Part shown: positions 60,150-64,000 of the stretch, piece by piece
Position numbering within the stretch: position 1 is the first letter of the stretch
Layout: each line of letters starts with the position of its first letter
DNA from: Terriglobia bacterium
GTDB taxonomy: Bacteria > Acidobacteriota > Terriglobia > 20CM-2-55-15
Direction: 5' to 3'
NCBI GenBank assembly: GCA_965198225.1
Contig: CBDAOY010000007.1
Location: forward strand, 416,001-480,000
DNA: 64,000 nucleotides
Notes under the pieces: generated by a model
What the model saw: only the letters and a program-made list of their open reading frames with translations
Database searches by the model: none
Told to the model about the DNA's origin: nothing
Position numbers and translations under genes: made by a program

Positions 60150-61070
60150 ATGTGGGCCTTCCTGATCCAACGCCTGGTGCTGACGCTTCCGGTGGTCTGG
60201 ATCGTGGTTACGATGGTCTTTGCCCTCATCCACCTGGTGCCGGGCGATCCGGTCGCCCAGATGCTCGGCGAGGGAGCCTCGGTGACCGAGGTTGAGCGGA
60301 TGCGGCACGAACTGGGTCTGGACCGGCCGGTCCTGGATCAGTACTTCTCCTATATGGCGGGACTGGCGCGGGGCGATCTTGGGGTGTCGTTCCGTAACCA
60401 GGAGCCCGTTGTGTCGTCGATCGCCCGACGATATCCCGCCACGATGCAGTTGGCGGTGGCGGCGATCTTCTTCTCGCTTTCGATCGCGATACCGTTAGGC
60501 ATCATCGCTGCGGTCCGCCGGGGCAGAATCGCGGACCAATCCATCGGGCTCTTTACCCTCCTGGGCGTGTCCCTCCCGAACTTCGCGTTGGGTCCGCTGC
60601 TCATCCTTTTCTTTTCGATCTTCCTCGGTTGGTTGCCCGTTTCGGGCCGCGAGAGCCTGGCGCACCTGATCCTGCCGGCGGTGACGATGGGTGGGGCGAT
60701 GGCCGCGATCACAACGCGGATGGTGCGATCGTCGATGCTGGAGGAAATCCACCAGGACTACGTCCGGACCGCCCGAGCCAAGGGGCTGGCTGAACGCACG
60801 ATCATGTTCCGGCACGCGCTGCGGAACGGGATGATACCGATCCTGACGGTGATGGGGTTGCAGTTTGGAACCTTACTGGCCGGTGCCATTATCACCGAGA
60901 CGATCTTCGCCTGGCCGGGCCTGGGCCGGCTGACCGTCCAGGCTATCAACGCTCGCGACTACCCGCTCGTTCAGGGATGCATCCTGACGATCGCCATGAC
61001 CTACATCATCGTGAACCTGCTGACGGACCTCTTCTACTCGGTCGTCGATCCCCGGATCCGCTATGAGTGA
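60150..61070 (+). CDS. Peptide/nickel ABC permease (DppB-like)
   Basis: PGDPV, DYVRTARAKGL, ETIFAWPGLG. Confidence 0.93.
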   Translation: MWAFLIQRLVLTLPVVWIVVTMVFALIHLVPGDPVAQMLGEGASVTEVERMRHELGLDRPVLDQYFSYMAGLARGDLGVSFRNQEPVVSSIARRYPATMQLAVAAIFFSLSIAIPLGIIAAVRRGRIADQSIGLFTLLGVSLPNFALGPLLILFFSIFLGWLPVSGRESLAHLILPAVTMGGAMAAITTRMVRSSMLEEIHQDYVRTARAKGLAERTIMFRHALRNGMIPILTVMGLQFGTLLAGAIITETIFAWPGLGRLTVQAINARDYPLVQGCILTIAMTYIIVNLLTDLFYSVVDPRIRYE

Positions 61071-61917
61071 ATTTCTCCTCAAGAATCGGCTGGCGTTCGG
61101 TGGCCTGATCATCGTGTCGATATTGACGGCAGTGGCTCTGCTGGCGCCGTGGCTCGTGATCCACGATCCGTCCGCCCAGGAACTGTCGGACCGGCTGTCG
61201 AGCCCCTCCTGGGAACATCCTTTCGGGACCGACGAACTCGGCCGGGACATCCTGTCGCGCGTGATGATGGGAACGCGAGTGAGCATGAGGGTCGGCGCGA
61301 CCGTCGTGTTGTTTTCGGGTCTGATCGGGGTCCTCATCGGAGGAGCTGCCGGCTTTATCGGTGGCCGTTTCGACACGGTGATCACCGTGATCGTGATCAA
61401 TTCGCTAATGGCCTTTCCCGGAATCCTGCTGGCGATCGCTCTGGTTGCGTTCCTGGGGCCGGGCTTGAACAAGTTGATCCTCGCCCTGACCATCATCGGG
61501 TGGGTGGGGTATGCGCGACTCGCGCGCGGGCAGGTCCTCAAAGTGAAGACGCTAGACTTCGTCGAAGCCGCCCACGCCATGGGTGCAACGAAGGTACGCG
61601 TCTTCCTCCTGCATGTCCTGCCGAACATCATACAACCTGTGCTGGTGCAGGCGAGCATCGGGATGGCGGTGGTGATCCTGGCCGAAGCGTCCCTGAGTTT
61701 CCTGGGCCTGGGAATCACCCCTCCGACGCCGAGTTGGGGCTCGATGCTCAATTCCGCACGCAACCACCTTTTCGACGCCCCGCACATGGTGGTTTTCCCG
61801 GCCATCGTCCTGATGGCAACGGTTCTGTCGTTCAACTTCCTGGGGGACGCCATTCGGGACTGGCTGGACCCCAAATCCTACTCCCCCGGTCACACCCGCG
61901 ACATTTCGGCTTCTTGA
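61063..61917 (+). CDS. Peptide/nickel ABC permease (DppC-like)
   Basis: HPFGTDELGRD, EASLSFLGLG. Confidence 0.93.
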   Translation: MSEFLLKNRLAFGGLIIVSILTAVALLAPWLVIHDPSAQELSDRLSSPSWEHPFGTDELGRDILSRVMMGTRVSMRVGATVVLFSGLIGVLIGGAAGFIGGRFDTVITVIVINSLMAFPGILLAIALVAFLGPGLNKLILALTIIGWVGYARLARGQVLKVKTLDFVEAAHAMGATKVRVFLLHVLPNIIQPVLVQASIGMAVVILAEASLSFLGLGITPPTPSWGSMLNSARNHLFDAPHMVVFPAIVLMATVLSFNFLGDAIRDWLDPKSYSPGHTRDISAS

Positions 61918-61923
61918 AAGATT

Positions 61924-62062
61924 TTTTCAACACGAAGGCACGAAGGACACGAAGTCTTTGCTGTCAGGGATTAGGTTTCGGCCCTGGCACAACCGGAGGT
62001 CTAGCTGGGAAAGACCAGGAAGCTTCGTAGAACTTCGTTCGCTTCGTGTCTTCGTGTTGAAA
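61924..62062. repeat. Inverted CACGAAG short-repeat arms
   Basis: TTTCAACACGAAGGCACGAAG ... CTTCGTGTCTTCGTGTTGAAA. Confidence 0.7.
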
Positions 62063-62068
62063 GACTTC

Positions 62069-62335
62069 TTACGTACCGGTGGCGAGGAATTGTTTGCGGC
62101 AGTCTTCCGAGCAGAAGTGGAATACCTCGGAACCGCGGTTGGTGCTGATGGATTGACCCTGGGTGACGTAGGTCCCGCAGATCGGGTCCTTGACGAGTTT
62201 GCCTGATCGAGTGGGGCCTGCTCGGGGGTCCGAGGCGGTCTTTTTCGGTGTCGACGGCGAAAAGAGTGCTCTCAGTGTCGATAGCGCGACCAGCACGAGG
62301 CCGAAGACGATCATGACGCGGATGAGGAATCGCAT
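62069..62335 (-). CDS. YHS-domain membrane protein
   Basis: KDPICGTYV...FHFCSEDC. Confidence 0.85.
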   Translation of the reverse strand: MRFLIRVMIVFGLVLVALSTLRALFSPSTPKKTASDPRAGPTRSGKLVKDPICGTYVTQGQSISTNRGSEVFHFCSEDCRKQFLATGT

Positions 62336-62347
62336 AGCTTCTCCGCT

Positions 62348-62932
62348 CTAGGACCCCGGGTTGCTCGTCCCAGCCAGCCTGCCGCGCAGCGTTCCGAGTC
62401 CCGGATAGTTGGGATCGATGCTTTCGATGCGACGGATCGTCTTCTCGGCCGCTACAACATCGTCCAGCGATTCCAACTGCGCGATGGCGACGTTGTGCAG
62501 CGCGAGCACGTTGCCGGGATCGGATTCGAGTGCCCGTTCGTAGTTTGCCATCGCCTCGTCGACACGGCCGAGGTTGTAGAGAGCGGTGCCCATGTCGGTT
62601 CGAACGACAGGGTCGTCCGGGGTATCTTCGAGGGCCAGTCGGTACATGTCGACCGCTTCGCCGTACCGTCTCAGGTTGAAGAGGAAGTTTCCGTAGCGGG
62701 TCTTCAGTTCAGCGTTGTTCGGGTTTTCCGAGAGCGCCTGATCGAAGAGGGCGAGCATTTCCTCGTCCGTGACCTCCGAGTGGTCCGCCGATGCGGCCGC
62801 CAGGGACTCGGTCAGTTGCGCTGCCTCGGCGCTCCGGCGGGATTCGCTCTGATAGGTACCGTACACGTAAGCCGTCGCCGACCCCAGGATGAGGCCGAGC
62901 AGAGCAACGTGGACGCTTCTCGCGTTGAACAT
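62348..62932 (-). CDS. Membrane-anchored TPR protein
   Basis: N-terminal TM segment, TPR repeats. Confidence 0.8.
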   Translation of the reverse strand: MFNARSVHVALLGLILGSATAYVYGTYQSESRRSAEAAQLTESLAAASADHSEVTDEEMLALFDQALSENPNNAELKTRYGNFLFNLRRYGEAVDMYRLALEDTPDDPVVRTDMGTALYNLGRVDEAMANYERALESDPGNVLALHNVAIAQLESLDDVVAAEKTIRRIESIDPNYPGLGTLRGRLAGTSNPGS

Positions 62933-63005
62933 GCGTCTCAGATACAAAGAGAGGGTCGGACTCCCCGACCCTCTCTGATCAGACGGCCCTGTGGGCAGGT
63001 ACGGA

Positions 63006-63968
63006 TTAGATTCCGCCCGCGGCTGCGATCAGCTGTCGCGCCGCTTCGGCGTTTATGCTGTCAGGCGCCATCTCGAGGTACTTCTGGAGGACCGGGATCG
63101 CTTCTTTCATCGTATCGGATGAGCCGAAGTACGAGATACCGAGCTGGTAGTAGGCTTCGGCGTTTTCAGGATCGAATTCGATCGCCTTCTTGAACGCTTC
63201 CACCGCTGCCGCGGTCCGACCGGTGTTGGTCATTACAGCGCCCAGGTTGTAGTAGGCCTGGCCGGCCGAAGTCGGGTTCAGCTCGGCGGTTTTCTCCAGC
63301 GCTGCGATCGCCTCCTCGGTTTTTCCGGCGTTACCGAGAACGATTCCAAGGTTGTTGTAGTACCCCGCCTCCATCGGCGCCAGGATTATCGCGTTGCGGT
63401 AGCTTGCGGCGGCCTCGTCGTACTGCCGGGCGCCCGAATAGGCGTCCGCCAGGTTGGCGTGGATCACGTGCTGCGAATCATCGCTGTCGATCGCGAGCTT
63501 CAACTGAGTGATCGCTTCCTGGTAATTCTCCGCGTCCAGGGCTACCCGGCCCAGGTCGAAAGCGCCCCGTGCGGCCTCCGCCTTGGCCCGAGCAGCGGCG
63601 GCGGCTTTCGCTTCTTCAGTGTCCGCGAACGAATCGGCCAGAGCTTTCAGGTCGAAGTCGGCGATGGACGGTTCGCCGAGGCGAACGCGAAGGCCGTTGA
63701 TGTACTGCACAGCCCGACCTTCGATCTCGAGCGTGATGCGGTAGGTTCCGCTCGGCAGCCCGGCATGGAAGAACTTACCGTTGTCACCGGTCTCGGTTTC
63801 GAAGTGCTGGGTGATATCCTGTCGGTCTATCAGGATCTTCGCTCCCTCTAAAGGCGCACCGTCGATGTCGAGCACTGTTCCTTCCATGGCTCCGGTCTGC
63901 GCGAGGGCGGGAGCCGAAAAGGCCAGAAGAAGCCCAATCAGTGGCAGCAGCCTGCTGGTGATTCTCAT
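63006..63968 (-). CDS. Exported carboxypeptidase-regulatory-like domain + TPR protein
   Basis: GTVLDIDGAPLEGA; YYNLG TPR repeats. Confidence 0.85.
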   Translation of the reverse strand: MRITSRLLPLIGLLLAFSAPALAQTGAMEGTVLDIDGAPLEGAKILIDRQDITQHFETETGDNGKFFHAGLPSGTYRITLEIEGRAVQYINGLRVRLGEPSIADFDLKALADSFADTEEAKAAAAARAKAEAARGAFDLGRVALDAENYQEAITQLKLAIDSDDSQHVIHANLADAYSGARQYDEAAASYRNAIILAPMEAGYYNNLGIVLGNAGKTEEAIAALEKTAELNPTSAGQAYYNLGAVMTNTGRTAAAVEAFKKAIEFDPENAEAYYQLGISYFGSSDTMKEAIPVLQKYLEMAPDSINAEAARQLIAAAGGI

Positions 63969-64000
63969 CGTTGTCCTCCGTCTCTCAAACTTTCGCATAC

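Overview
GC-rich bacterial chromosomal segment. The gene content (ADOP-type ABC permease, Oar-like TonB receptor, many exported peptidases/amidases, PQQ dehydrogenase, TPR proteins) suggests an Acidobacteriota genome; this is inference. Most of the window is ordinary metabolism and housekeeping (ald, gdhA, ptrB, serS, htpG, peptide ABC permeases), with two complete IS elements and a dispersed REP-like palindrome family. The standout is at 7.2-11.5 kb: two paralogous, apparently non-coding minus-strand units (~7190-7720 and ~11075-11410). Each has the same promoter-like block, 5'/3' ends that base-pair, a U-tract at the 3' end, and a central array of ~51-nt modules (7 versus 3) built on a hairpin whose loop is always GNRA. 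They flank a decayed integrase/tRNA-Leu remnant region carrying a TIR-TM-WD40 gene with near-identical repeats. A second point of interest is a pair of ankyrin/CxxCH/cyclase-repeat proteins around a PQQ dehydrogenase and a TonB receptor. Several small duplications and deletions may be assembly artefacts. All calls were made by eye; no database search or folding program was run.
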